A stretch of 64,000 nucleotides of DNA, from positions 1 to 64,000 of the IMG/VR virus record IMGVR_UViG_3300037493_003174; one strand, given 5' to 3'. The DNA comes from a virus. The notes under the pieces are model-generated. The model worked only from the letters and a program-made list of their open reading frames with translations, had not been told where the DNA came from and made no database searches. Each line of letters opens with the position of its first letter. Positions within the stretch are counted from its first letter, which is position 1. Below are positions 9,756 to 20,267 of this stretch, one piece after another. Both the position numbers and the translations under genes were made by a program.

Positions 9756-12700
9756 TGGCAAAAGGTTTACAGAATACAACTCAGAATGTTACCCGTAGTT
9801 TTTCTAAGGGGATGAACAAAGATGCCGATCCTTCTTTTGTAGGAGATGGGATGTGGACACATGCAAGAAATGCAACAAACAACACAGATGAGGGTAACAT
9901 TGGAACTCTTTCTAATGAGCAGTCTAATGTTCTTTGTGCAACTGCAGGATTAACAATGCCCGCTACTGCAGTAGACAAATATATCATTGGTACTATACAA
10001 CTATATTCAGATAAGTGGATAGTATTTACAGCAGGTCATGACTCAACTGGTATTCCAGTTATGTCAGAGATTGGTTTACTTGAAACTGATAACTGTATTT
10101 ATAGACCTATTGTTCAAGATGCCTGTCTTAAGTTTGATAAAAGATATTTAATAAGTGGAGCTTCAAGAGAGAAAGAAGATTGTACTTGGCAAGTATATTT
10201 TGCAGATGGTCTAAATCCAGATAGAGTTTTAAATGTAGGAGATCCTCAAACATGGCCAACGGCTAACTATTATTGGATAGGTCAATCTAATATAAACTAT
10301 TACTCAAATGGTACAAATGTACTTTTATGGCCAGGCGTAAAGTGGAAACAAATATGTACTGATGAAACAGGTGTATCAGAAACACAACCTGATGTTTGGC
10401 CTTCTGGTCATCCAATAGGTTGTATTACATGTGTTGATATTAATCAGTTAGATTGTGAGAAGATTAGATTAGCAAGACTAATGAAGACACCTTGTCTTAA
10501 TTTAATATTTGGTAATCAAGGTGGCACATTAAGAAATGGAACTTATTTTGCAACTATAGCATATAGTATCAAAGGTCAAAAAGTTACAGACTATTTTTCT
10601 CAAAGTAATAATCAACAAATTTGGACTTCCCAGGATTTACAAGGTTCACTTGTGCTTGAGCTAGAAGCTGACAGTGTAAACTTTGATGAGTTTATCTTGG
10701 TCATTGTACAAAATATAAACCAAGGAACTGTTGCAAAACAGATTGGTATATATTCTACTAGAACAACTATTATTGCTTTAGATCAAATAAAGGAAGATTT
10801 AATAACTGTACCATTAGAGCAACTTCCAATTCAGACACCAGTTTTTGAAAAATCTGATCAGATTGCTGAAGTAAATAATTACTTGCTTAGAGTTGGCCCA
10901 ACTTCTAAATTTGATTTTAACTATCAACCTTTAGCTAATCTTATTAGAGCTAGGTGGGCTTCAGTTGAGTATCCATCAGATTACTATGTTAAAAATGGAA
11001 ACAAAGCAAGTTATTTAAGAGATGAAGTTTATTGTTTCTTCATTAGATGGGTATATGATACAGGTGATAAATCTGCTTCTTATCATATTCCAGGAAGAGC
11101 CCCTGGATTATATAATGGAATACCAGAAGACGGAATAAGTTTTAATGAAAATGCATTAAGTGCAAGTGATAATGTATTTGAAGTATTTAACACAGCTTCA
11201 ATTGGAACAATACCTAGTGGTCTATCAACTACAACAGATGATGGAGGTACAGTAATTGCAGTTGGAAACATGGGCTATTGGGAATCTACTGAAAAATATC
11301 CAGATAATACACCGGAAATTTGGAATACAAGCTTTCAATGCTGGACAGGATTTTATAATCAACCAAGTAATGTTTATGATTTATGTGGTGATAACATAAG
11401 ACATCACAAGTTTCCAGACAACTGTTTAGATCCAAGTGCAAATAAACTTACTAATCATTTTAAACCTACAGTAAGTAATCAACCTAATGAATTAAAAATT
11501 AGATTGCTAGGAGTTTATTTTGAAAATATTGCATATCCAAAAGATAATGAAGGAAATGATATTCCAGGAATTATTGGATATGAAATCTTAAGAGGTTCAA
11601 GAGAAGGTAATAAGTCTATCATTGCAAAAGGTATGCTTAACAATTTTAGAACATATGATATTGTTGGACAAGTAAATAATCCAGCTGCTCCAAGAAAAGG
11701 TATCTATGCAAATTATCCATTTAATACTATTAAACCTTTTTATAATACAGGTACAGGTACTGATCATAACAGAGGTCTTATTGATCCCTATATAAGAATT
11801 CCAGATCCTAATGATCCTCAAAATAGTGTGCTTGATCAAAACGTTCCCTTAGATTTTGTTAGTTTTCATTCTCCAGATACAAGTTTTAGAACTCCCTTTT
11901 TATCTGCAACAGAACTTAAAATTTATGGATACTTAAGAGGAGCCTCAACTCAAAGATTTATTGAACCAAATCAACATCCTAAGTTTAAATTATTTTCTGA
12001 TCTTGCTATTGCACCAATGTTTGTAGTTGGAATTGCTGAAGCTATTGTATCTGTGATAGGTAAAAGAACATTTAGTGATCCCTCTGTGCAATCTTATACT
12101 GAACAAATGAGGGGTACTGCTGGTGTTGGTGCAATCAATCTTACATTAGGTCCAACAGGTGTAGGACAACTTACTTCAGGAACAAGTATAGCGGGTGCAG
12201 GTGGAAGAATTGATGATTCAGCAGCACAAAACACAGCTTTAGGACTTATACGTAATCTACCTGGAGGTATTACATCATGGAACCAATTTTGGAATACATA
12301 TTATTCATCAGGTAATGCAATTATTGATGTACCCTTAATGATTGCTGGAGGTTTTCCATTAACTACAGTGGGTATTGCTACAACAGCACTTAGGACTGTA
12401 CTAAACAACAATGCAAATAATGCAGGTATCCCCTTAGCAAACCAAACAGGAACTATTGAGTTACCTAACTTTGCATATTTACCTGCAGCATTAAGAATTG
12501 CTTCTGGAGTAAGTCAACTATTATTCTATTTTTCTGAAGGAGCTAATCTTGCTGCTGATATTATTAGAGCTATTATTCCTTATACACAATATGCATTACA
12601 AATGATTGCTCATGGGTTCTACTCAGATATGAGATCACCTGATGCTTCAAAATTATTTAGATTTAATATTGAAGATAGCTCTTACATAAGAGATAATATT

Positions 12701-15355
12701 ATGCAGATGCCGGGTTATTATAATGCAGCAGGTACTTTCCAATCTTACAGTATTAATAACCTTAAAAGATCTGACGCAGTTGTAATAAGAACAGATGCTG
12801 GTCCAAATTATGCAGGCCCCTATAGTAATGGTGTTATTGGTCCAAACTATATTCTTGAATCTTTAAGCTATGTAGATCAATCATTAACTACTCTTGGACA
12901 TATACAGCAAAATGGTTTGGTTAATGCAGTTACATTAAATTCCTATTTTCCTAATCCAAATGTAGGTCCAAATTTTGAGTATAAAGATGCTAATTTTGCT
13001 TTGCCTATTGCTAGTCATTATGCAGCAATGAAAGTAAGAATCCAAAATCAATATGGTCAACTACAAGCTATAAAACAAATTGTAATAACTCCATGTGAGC
13101 AAAAGTTTAATTACAATACTTTAGAACCATGGGGTCCTTATAATCAATGTGGATCATGTAATCTTGCAGTTGTTATTAAAAAGATTAATATTACTCCAAT
13201 ATTTTTTGGTGGAGATGTTTATATAAATAGATACACAGAAAAAAATTCAATGTTCTTTTTTTATGATTGGTTATATGGTCAGCCTGATGGATTTGAATAT
13301 AACTATGCAATTCATCAGATGATTCCTGAACCAAGATTTTATGTTAACTCTAAAAAGTATGAAGTATCAGATCTTAATCCTGCTAACTTAAATGCAGTAA
13401 CACCCGGAACAGGAGCCTTTCCAACAAGATTTTATAGAATGGATCATGGGCCAACAAATACAAATCCAGGATATGACTATACGGATGATACAGCAGGAGA
13501 TTATCCAGGTGTGTTTAGACCAAAAGATTCATACTTCTATTTAGCTGTTTCTTCTGTAAGAGATTTCTTTGTTGAGTCAGATGTGATAGTAGACTATAGA
13601 GAAGCTGGAGACTATGAATGGGAAAAACATTATGACCCATACCGGTATACTCAACTTAGTAGAATGTTTGATATGAATCCTGATATTATTACAAGAGGTA
13701 ACTGGTATAGATATGATTATTCATTAAGTGTAAGTAAACTATATAATCAGTATTTCTCTTCTGGTAATTTACAAAATAGATACTATAATCCAAATGTATC
13801 TCAACTATGTTATACATATCTTCCAGATAGAATTTATTATTCATTGCAACAACAAGATGAATCATTTAAAGATAGTTGGTTTATATTTTTACCAAATAAC
13901 TATAGAGAATTTAAGTCTCAGATATCTGGTGTTAAGTCTATAAATAAAAGTGGTTTATTTATTACATTTAAAAATGACAGCCCCCAAATGTTCCAAGGTG
14001 TTGATACACTTCAGACAGATTTAGGAACTAAGATAACTATTGGTGATGGTGGTTTATTTTCTCAACCCGCTCAATCTGTTTCAAATGCCGATAGACCATA
14101 TGAGTATGGATCATCTCAAAGTAGACTTGGAGTTATCTCTACCCCAGCAGGCTTATTCTATGCATCACAAAATCAAGGTAAGTTGTTTAGTTATGGAGGA
14201 GGGTTAAAAGAAATATCTCAAGTTGGATTAAAATGGTGGTATTCAATGTTCTTAAGATGTAAACTTATAACTCAGTTTCCTGATTATCCATGGCAAGATA
14301 ATCCAGTAGCTGGTGTAGGTGTACAGGCTGTATATGATAATGAAAATTCTAGACTTTACTTTAGTAAAAAAGATTATATTGTTAAAGATGGAATTGATTT
14401 AGATAGAGTAGATTATGTACCATTAGTAGTTGACTGCCGTCAAATAAGTAATGGTAAAGGCTATAGAAAAGGACAAGGAGATTTCTTTACCTTAGATGGT
14501 AATGGAAGATATTTATTAGGTGATCCTGCTATATTTGAAAGTGCCTCTTGGACAGCAAGTTATGATCCTAAGAATGAGATGTGGATTTCATTTCATGACT
14601 GGCATCCTGATTTAGTAATGCCAAGTAAAACTATTTTCTTAACAACAAAGAAAAATAGTTTTTGGAAACATAACTATGTATGTGATTCTTATTGTAAGTT
14701 CTATGGAATAGAATATCCTTTTGAGATTGAAACTCCTATTGTTACTGGTCAATCACCAACAGTAATTAAGTCATTTGAATACATTATTGAAGCATATAAA
14801 CATGCAGCAAACTGTGTTGATCAATTTCAAGTATTAGACTATAACTTTGATACAGCAATTGTTCATAATGCAGAGCAAGTATCTGGATACTTAAATTTAA
14901 ATATATTTCCTAAAAACAATATTACATTGAGTTTAGAATATCCTAAGTTTAATCCATCTATTCCCATGATCATTAGGGATACAGTAGTTGGTCTGCCTGG
15001 ATTTGATATCTTGTTCTCAAAAGAAGAAAACAAATATAGATTTAATCAGTTCTGGGATGTAACAAGAGACAGAGGAGAATTTCCTATTGGTTCTGGTTAT
15101 CCTCCACAGGGCCCATTAGTTCCAGGAACAACTGAGTTGCTTGGTAATTATCCTCAAGAGATTGCATGGATTACATTACCTGATGGATACCGTAGAGAAT
15201 TAAATCTTATAAATTTAGATTACAACAAAGCTCAATTACAAAGAAAAAAGTTCAGACATTATTTAAACTATATAACTTTAAGAAAAGAAATTTCTGGTAA
15301 TATTAACATGGTTGTTAAAGTACTAAACAGTAAGAATCAATCTTCTTTAAGATAA
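9755..15355 (+). CDS. Tail stabilization/muzzle protein (P22 gp10-like, crAss-type)
   Basis: 1866 aa; N-terminal FSKGMNKD..NATN..GTLSNE, VYFADGLNPDR, FFGGDVYINRY and C-terminal WISFHDW motifs are characteristic of crAss-like muzzle proteins. Confidence 0.75.
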   Translation: MAKGLQNTTQNVTRSFSKGMNKDADPSFVGDGMWTHARNATNNTDEGNIGTLSNEQSNVLCATAGLTMPATAVDKYIIGTIQLYSDKWIVFTAGHDSTGIPVMSEIGLLETDNCIYRPIVQDACLKFDKRYLISGASREKEDCTWQVYFADGLNPDRVLNVGDPQTWPTANYYWIGQSNINYYSNGTNVLLWPGVKWKQICTDETGVSETQPDVWPSGHPIGCITCVDINQLDCEKIRLARLMKTPCLNLIFGNQGGTLRNGTYFATIAYSIKGQKVTDYFSQSNNQQIWTSQDLQGSLVLELEADSVNFDEFILVIVQNINQGTVAKQIGIYSTRTTIIALDQIKEDLITVPLEQLPIQTPVFEKSDQIAEVNNYLLRVGPTSKFDFNYQPLANLIRARWASVEYPSDYYVKNGNKASYLRDEVYCFFIRWVYDTGDKSASYHIPGRAPGLYNGIPEDGISFNENALSASDNVFEVFNTASIGTIPSGLSTTTDDGGTVIAVGNMGYWESTEKYPDNTPEIWNTSFQCWTGFYNQPSNVYDLCGDNIRHHKFPDNCLDPSANKLTNHFKPTVSNQPNELKIRLLGVYFENIAYPKDNEGNDIPGIIGYEILRGSREGNKSIIAKGMLNNFRTYDIVGQVNNPAAPRKGIYANYPFNTIKPFYNTGTGTDHNRGLIDPYIRIPDPNDPQNSVLDQNVPLDFVSFHSPDTSFRTPFLSATELKIYGYLRGASTQRFIEPNQHPKFKLFSDLAIAPMFVVGIAEAIVSVIGKRTFSDPSVQSYTEQMRGTAGVGAINLTLGPTGVGQLTSGTSIAGAGGRIDDSAAQNTALGLIRNLPGGITSWNQFWNTYYSSGNAIIDVPLMIAGGFPLTTVGIATTALRTVLNNNANNAGIPLANQTGTIELPNFAYLPAALRIASGVSQLLFYFSEGANLAADIIRAIIPYTQYALQMIAHGFYSDMRSPDASKLFRFNIEDSSYIRDNIMQMPGYYNAAGTFQSYSINNLKRSDAVVIRTDAGPNYAGPYSNGVIGPNYILESLSYVDQSLTTLGHIQQNGLVNAVTLNSYFPNPNVGPNFEYKDANFALPIASHYAAMKVRIQNQYGQLQAIKQIVITPCEQKFNYNTLEPWGPYNQCGSCNLAVVIKKINITPIFFGGDVYINRYTEKNSMFFFYDWLYGQPDGFEYNYAIHQMIPEPRFYVNSKKYEVSDLNPANLNAVTPGTGAFPTRFYRMDHGPTNTNPGYDYTDDTAGDYPGVFRPKDSYFYLAVSSVRDFFVESDVIVDYREAGDYEWEKHYDPYRYTQLSRMFDMNPDIITRGNWYRYDYSLSVSKLYNQYFSSGNLQNRYYNPNVSQLCYTYLPDRIYYSLQQQDESFKDSWFIFLPNNYREFKSQISGVKSINKSGLFITFKNDSPQMFQGVDTLQTDLGTKITIGDGGLFSQPAQSVSNADRPYEYGSSQSRLGVISTPAGLFYASQNQGKLFSYGGGLKEISQVGLKWWYSMFLRCKLITQFPDYPWQDNPVAGVGVQAVYDNENSRLYFSKKDYIVKDGIDLDRVDYVPLVVDCRQISNGKGYRKGQGDFFTLDGNGRYLLGDPAIFESASWTASYDPKNEMWISFHDWHPDLVMPSKTIFLTTKKNSFWKHNYVCDSYCKFYGIEYPFEIETPIVTGQSPTVIKSFEYIIEAYKHAANCVDQFQVLDYNFDTAIVHNAEQVSGYLNLNIFPKNNITLSLEYPKFNPSIPMIIRDTVVGLPGFDILFSKEENKYRFNQFWDVTRDRGEFPIGSGYPPQGPLVPGTTELLGNYPQEIAWITLPDGYRRELNLINLDYNKAQLQRKKFRHYLNYITLRKEISGNINMVVKVLNSKNQSSLR

Positions 15356-18300
15356 TGAATAAGAAATCCAAATCTAAGATTATTGTTGATCCAAGAGGCC
15401 AGTGGGCACATCCTGGAAAACTAACAAGAATACCTGGTAATGATATTACTATGCAAGGTGTTCCATATCCAGTTATGGCATATCCTGATTTTGGTTCACC
15501 TGTAATGATGCATCCAGAAGAAGAATATAATTTTCCGGGTGCTAAGTATGTTGATGAATATCCAGAAATGAAGTCAGGTAGGAATACAGATAAGCATGTC
15601 ATAGTAAAACAATCTACTATAAAAGGAGCAGACAAAGGTTTATTTTCTAATCAAAGCTTTAAAAAAAATCAACTTATAGGTTTAGCGCATAGAGATGGTC
15701 AACCAGTAGGAGAGATTGGAAAGATGCATAATCACTCTGATAAACCTAACATGTATAGTGTTAAGAAAGGTAATGAAAGACATGTCTATGCAAAAAGAGA
15801 TATTAAAGCTGGGGAAGAGTTAACAACTGATTACAAGCTTCAACCAGAACTTGAGCAACCTGATGATTTTAAAAAAGGTGGGCAATCACCTAAAATAAGA
15901 ATACCAACAAGCCCTAAAGGAATTAAGTCAAAAGCTTATTCAAGAAGTCTTGAAGCAACAAATAGATTATTTGCTCTTAATCCTTTGTTTGAAGTACCTA
16001 AATCTAGAAAAAGAAAAATCTTTGATCCTAATGCTAGTTTCTATGAAAATGGTGGTATAGTATCATTTGACTATGATGATACTCTCACAAGTGATGCAGG
16101 GATGCAAATGGCTATGAATATACCTAATGATCAGAAGTATATAGTATCTGCTAGAGGAGAAGTTACTCCAGGTATGATTGATAGAGCCCGTAATGCGGGT
16201 ATTTCAGAAGATAGAATCTTTGCTATGGGTTCAGATGAAGCTAAGGTAGCTAAAGTAAAAGAACTTGGTATTGATAGACATATTGATAATAAACAATCAG
16301 TAGTAGATCAGCTAGGTACTAATGGTCAGTTATTTAAAGCGGGGGGTCAATCATCTTCTAATGACTATATTGAAATGGAACTAAGCCCAGAAGAGATACA
16401 AGTATATAGAGATGGTGGTTATACAGTAGAAGAACTTGATGATTATAAAAAAGGTGGTGCTTTACTTACTAAGAAAGTAACTTGTAAAAAATGTGGTTGG
16501 ACGTGGGATGCTGCAGATGGTGGTAATGATATGACTACATGTCATAAGTGTGGTGGCCAAGGATTAATACATGCTCAAAAGGGGGGGCAATCAAATTTTT
16601 ATACTGTATCTGGTAGTGAAGGTGTTTACAAAAAAGTTAATGGTAAATGGGAAGTAGATTGGAATAAATCTGGAAAGTTTCAACCATTATCAAAAGGTGA
16701 TGTTGAAAAAAGAACAGCAGTTTTAAATAAACAAGCTAAACTTTTATATGATTCAGATTACAATGATCTTGCAAACTCAAGAGACTATAAAGCTGTACCA
16801 AAAACAGTAATACAAAAAGCTCCAACAGTAGAACAGAAAAAAGTACAAGCAACTTTTAATAAAGACTTTAAAGTTACAGACAAAAGTAAACTTGAAAAAG
16901 TTCAAGATAAAATTAAAACAGATCAAGAAAACTTAATTAAATGGGGTCAAGAAAATAATGTACCTGTAGATCAAAAACAATTAGATGATGTAGAAAATTG
17001 GGGAATGAATGTTTATGGTAAAGTGGGTAATCAAGCAAACCCTGATACAATAAAACAAGTTACTCCAGAAGAAGCACAAGAGTTCTGGGATAAAGCAGGT
17101 GATATAGCTGCAAATCCTATGACAGCCGCAGGGTTTTTTATGCGTGGTCAAGATATTCCAGACTATATGCAGAGAGATATGGATCGTGGTACATTTGGTT
17201 ATTATGCAAATGGTCAGTTACATACTGAAAGAAATCCATTAGACTTTGCTCTTGCTGACATGACTGGATTAAGTATGATTAATGATGCAAGAAGTGCTTA
17301 CAAAGGTATAAAAGATAAAAATGTAAGTGAAGCTGGCTTAGGTTTACTAGGATTTATACCAGGTGTGAGTGAAGCAAGAAAAGCAGGAAAAGTTATTAAT
17401 GCTGCAGATGCTGTAAATGATACGCGTAAAGCTATAAATTTTTCAGGTCCCATGGTACATTCTTATGGAGATAGAGCAGAAGTATTAGGTGCTTTATCTC
17501 AAAGAGGTAAAAACTGGGACAAGTTAGGAGCTAAAGGAGAAGATCTTTTACATAAAGACATGGTAAATTATCATGGAACATATTCTGGAAGACCCATTGT
17601 TGAAGTTAAAATGCCTGATGGTTCTTCTGAAATGTTTTATAAATCTTCTGGATGGGCAAAAAAAGCAGGAGCTGCAGACAATGGTACCACAGAAGGTATG
17701 TGGCAAGTTTATGGTGGACATGCAGATGACTCCAATAATTGGTTTATGAAAGATGATAATGTACATGTTCCAGGCTTAAGTTATAAAGATTACTATGGAA
17801 GTAATACATTCCGTGGTATGGCAGAGAATATGGATAAAACATTAATGCAAAAATATGGTTTGCAATCTACAAATGAACTTGATGATGTATTAAATTTTCA
17901 AAACAGATATGGAGCTGTTGATACCTATACTCCAAAAAGAAAAACTGGTGGTTTTATTGAACTTGATCTTGATGAGGAAGAAATAGAATACTATAGAAAA
18001 GGTGGGTTTACTATAGAGGAAGTTAAGTTTCAAGATGGTGGTATGCCAACTGTTCCAACTATGCAAGAAAGTCAGACTCAGGTTGTCACTCCTATGTTAG
18101 TACCTGACATGATGCCTACAGGAGATCTTGTTGCACCTCCAGTTGTTACTGAACCTATAGTGGCTACAACAGTTCAACAACCAGCTACCCTAGTGAACAC
18201 TCCAGTAATAGATCAACCAACACCTACTAAGAAAGAAGTAGAGAAAGTAGCAATGCCAAAGATTGAACAATCAGGTGATGTTAAAGCAATTCAAAAGAAA

Positions 18301-20211
18301 CTAGTAACTGCAGGATATAATATTGGAGCTACAGGTCCAAGTAAAGATGGTGTAGATGGTATCCTGGGTAATAAGACTCAAATGGCATTAGATGCTTTTA
18401 ATTCTGGTATTCCTCCTTCTAAAGTAAAAACAATTGAACCAAAGAAAGAATCACAAAGTACTAAGTATGTGATTAACAAAAATCTTGGAACAGGTTACTT
18501 ACCATATCTCGATAGAGGAGAAGGAGAAGAAATTTGTGTTAAAGGTAAAGGATGTTCATTTAATGTAAGTGTTAAGATGAGTAACTTACTTGGTGAAATA
18601 GCTGATGGGGATATATGGGCAAATGATGCTTGGTTTAATAAGTCTGATGTTCTTAATAAAGGTGGAGATCTTATTTATGAAACCACAGAAAGAGACATCA
18701 GTAAGATGCCCAAGGTTCCTAAAGATGTTTATGCAAAATTACAAGTTGGTGATTATGTACAGCTCAATAGGATAAATACAAAAACAAGTGGAGAGTTTGC
18801 TGCAGAAAAACAAGGAGGTTTAGAAAATGAAAATGTTGAACACCTTGGATTTGTAGTTGGTAAAGATAAAGATGGTACGCCACTAATTTGGCATGGTTCT
18901 GAAAAAGGAAAAGCTTTTATTAAAAGACTTGATGAGCCAATAAGTCTTGATGATCATGACAAAAGTATATTCACTTATCAAGTTGCATCTATTGTAAGAT
19001 CACCTAGTCTTAAAAATGCTGACTTATCTGGATTACAGAAAACAGTCTATTACAGTACAATTGATCCTAAACAAAAACTAATAGCTAGTAAAACAGCAAC
19101 TGAACGTCAAAGACAAGCAACAGGTGTTATTAATAATAATGTTAGAAATCTTAAAAACTTAGGTTACACTCAAGAAGATGCAAATTTTGTAGGACAGATT
19201 CTTGTAGGAGGAATCATGCAAAATGAAACTCAGGGTGGAGAATCAAATAAAAGAATTCCTAAACAAATTGCAGCTACTCTTTATAAAGATGTTCTTGGTC
19301 AAGGAGAGTTTGAAGGAGATGAAGCAAGTATTGGTTATTACCAAATGAAACCTACTTTAAACTTTGTCAGTAAAGATGGGTCATTAAATGCACTTGGTAA
19401 AAAATTAGAAAAACTTGGAGTTGATCCTAAAGATATTGGAACTTTTGATATTGAAGCACAAACTAAAGCAGGTGCAATTATTCTTTTAGATAATTATGAA
19501 CAACTTAAAAAAGATAAAGATTTTAATATTAAGACTGGTCTATATAAAGGAAAGATACCAGCATCTTATATTTTAGCTAAGTCTTGGCAAGCAGGAACTG
19601 ATTGGTATAAGAGAGAAAAATATCAAAAATATCTTAATAACTTTGATATAGATTATAGTAATAATGTATTAAAAAATGCTCTTAATACTATGAGCAATAC
19701 AACTACAAGTAATCAATTACAAAAAGAATATAATACAGTAAAGAAAGGAATTACATCAAGAGAACAAGCTAATGCAGATATTCAAAGAGCTCAAAGTCTT
19801 AAAGAATTAGTAGAAAAAAATAACAGAGAAGCTGAGTATCAAAAGAATAATCCAAATTATGCTTATTCAAAAAAGGTACCTACTGAGTCTACTGCTGTTT
19901 ATAATTCTTATAAAGATACATTTAAAACACCTGAGTATACTACGAAACCTATAATAGAAAGTACAGTTTATAAATATCCTGAAAGACCTGGAGTAACTTA
20001 TAAAAAAGATTCAAAAGGTAAATGGTATGTTAACAGTGGAAAAGCAACAGGCAACAAGTACGTTCCTATACAAGATCCATCTGGGAGTAGAACAAAAGCT
20101 TTAGTAAAGGGTGCGGTTAAAGCTAAAGAAGGGGGTATGATTGTAAATCTTACACAAGCTGAAATTGATAGATATATTAAGGATGGTTATGTAATAGAAC
20201 AAATAGATTAA
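15355..20211 (+). CDS. Multidomain virion cargo (poly)protein: SET, HAD-like, Zn ribbon, toxin-like, PG-binding, NlpC/P60-like and lysozyme-like domains
   Basis: SET: GLF..NHSxxPN..ELTTDY. HAD: SFDYDDTL..SAR..K..HIDN. Zn ribbon: CKKC..CHKC. PG-binding: VKAIQKKL..GVDGILGNKT. NlpC: GCSFNV..HLG..IWH. Lysozyme-like: MQNET..IGYYQMK. Confidence 0.65.
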   Translation: MNKKSKSKIIVDPRGQWAHPGKLTRIPGNDITMQGVPYPVMAYPDFGSPVMMHPEEEYNFPGAKYVDEYPEMKSGRNTDKHVIVKQSTIKGADKGLFSNQSFKKNQLIGLAHRDGQPVGEIGKMHNHSDKPNMYSVKKGNERHVYAKRDIKAGEELTTDYKLQPELEQPDDFKKGGQSPKIRIPTSPKGIKSKAYSRSLEATNRLFALNPLFEVPKSRKRKIFDPNASFYENGGIVSFDYDDTLTSDAGMQMAMNIPNDQKYIVSARGEVTPGMIDRARNAGISEDRIFAMGSDEAKVAKVKELGIDRHIDNKQSVVDQLGTNGQLFKAGGQSSSNDYIEMELSPEEIQVYRDGGYTVEELDDYKKGGALLTKKVTCKKCGWTWDAADGGNDMTTCHKCGGQGLIHAQKGGQSNFYTVSGSEGVYKKVNGKWEVDWNKSGKFQPLSKGDVEKRTAVLNKQAKLLYDSDYNDLANSRDYKAVPKTVIQKAPTVEQKKVQATFNKDFKVTDKSKLEKVQDKIKTDQENLIKWGQENNVPVDQKQLDDVENWGMNVYGKVGNQANPDTIKQVTPEEAQEFWDKAGDIAANPMTAAGFFMRGQDIPDYMQRDMDRGTFGYYANGQLHTERNPLDFALADMTGLSMINDARSAYKGIKDKNVSEAGLGLLGFIPGVSEARKAGKVINAADAVNDTRKAINFSGPMVHSYGDRAEVLGALSQRGKNWDKLGAKGEDLLHKDMVNYHGTYSGRPIVEVKMPDGSSEMFYKSSGWAKKAGAADNGTTEGMWQVYGGHADDSNNWFMKDDNVHVPGLSYKDYYGSNTFRGMAENMDKTLMQKYGLQSTNELDDVLNFQNRYGAVDTYTPKRKTGGFIELDLDEEEIEYYRKGGFTIEEVKFQDGGMPTVPTMQESQTQVVTPMLVPDMMPTGDLVAPPVVTEPIVATTVQQPATLVNTPVIDQPTPTKKEVEKVAMPKIEQSGDVKAIQKKLVTAGYNIGATGPSKDGVDGILGNKTQMALDAFNSGIPPSKVKTIEPKKESQSTKYVINKNLGTGYLPYLDRGEGEEICVKGKGCSFNVSVKMSNLLGEIADGDIWANDAWFNKSDVLNKGGDLIYETTERDISKMPKVPKDVYAKLQVGDYVQLNRINTKTSGEFAAEKQGGLENENVEHLGFVVGKDKDGTPLIWHGSEKGKAFIKRLDEPISLDDHDKSIFTYQVASIVRSPSLKNADLSGLQKTVYYSTIDPKQKLIASKTATERQRQATGVINNNVRNLKNLGYTQEDANFVGQILVGGIMQNETQGGESNKRIPKQIAATLYKDVLGQGEFEGDEASIGYYQMKPTLNFVSKDGSLNALGKKLEKLGVDPKDIGTFDIEAQTKAGAIILLDNYEQLKKDKDFNIKTGLYKGKIPASYILAKSWQAGTDWYKREKYQKYLNNFDIDYSNNVLKNALNTMSNTTTSNQLQKEYNTVKKGITSREQANADIQRAQSLKELVEKNNREAEYQKNNPNYAYSKKVPTESTAVYNSYKDTFKTPEYTTKPIIESTVYKYPERPGVTYKKDSKGKWYVNSGKATGNKYVPIQDPSGSRTKALVKGAVKAKEGGMIVNLTQAEIDRYIKDGYVIEQID

Positions 20212-20225
20212 ACTTATTAAGTTTA
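20209..20225. promoter_or_regulatory. Palindromic operator-like site TAAACTT-N3-AAGTTTA
   Basis: Perfect 7-bp inverted repeat; a second copy lies at 26278-26296. Confidence 0.5.
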
Positions 20226-20236
20226 TCCAATAAATT

Positions 20237-20251
20237 AAAATTTAGTATATT
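20237..20251 (+). promoter_or_regulatory. Putative phage late promoter AAAATTTAGTATATT
   Basis: 15-bp exact match to 45381-45395; both are intergenic and 16 nt before an ATG. Confidence 0.6.
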
Positions 20252-20267
20252 AACTATATAAGATAAT

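Noticed and set aside
15590-15867. Eukaryotic or giant-virus origin suggested by the SET domain and Cys richness
   Set aside because: Coupled operons, intrinsic terminators, PG-binding/LysM domains and the crAss-type RNAP and tail genes indicate a bacteriophage.
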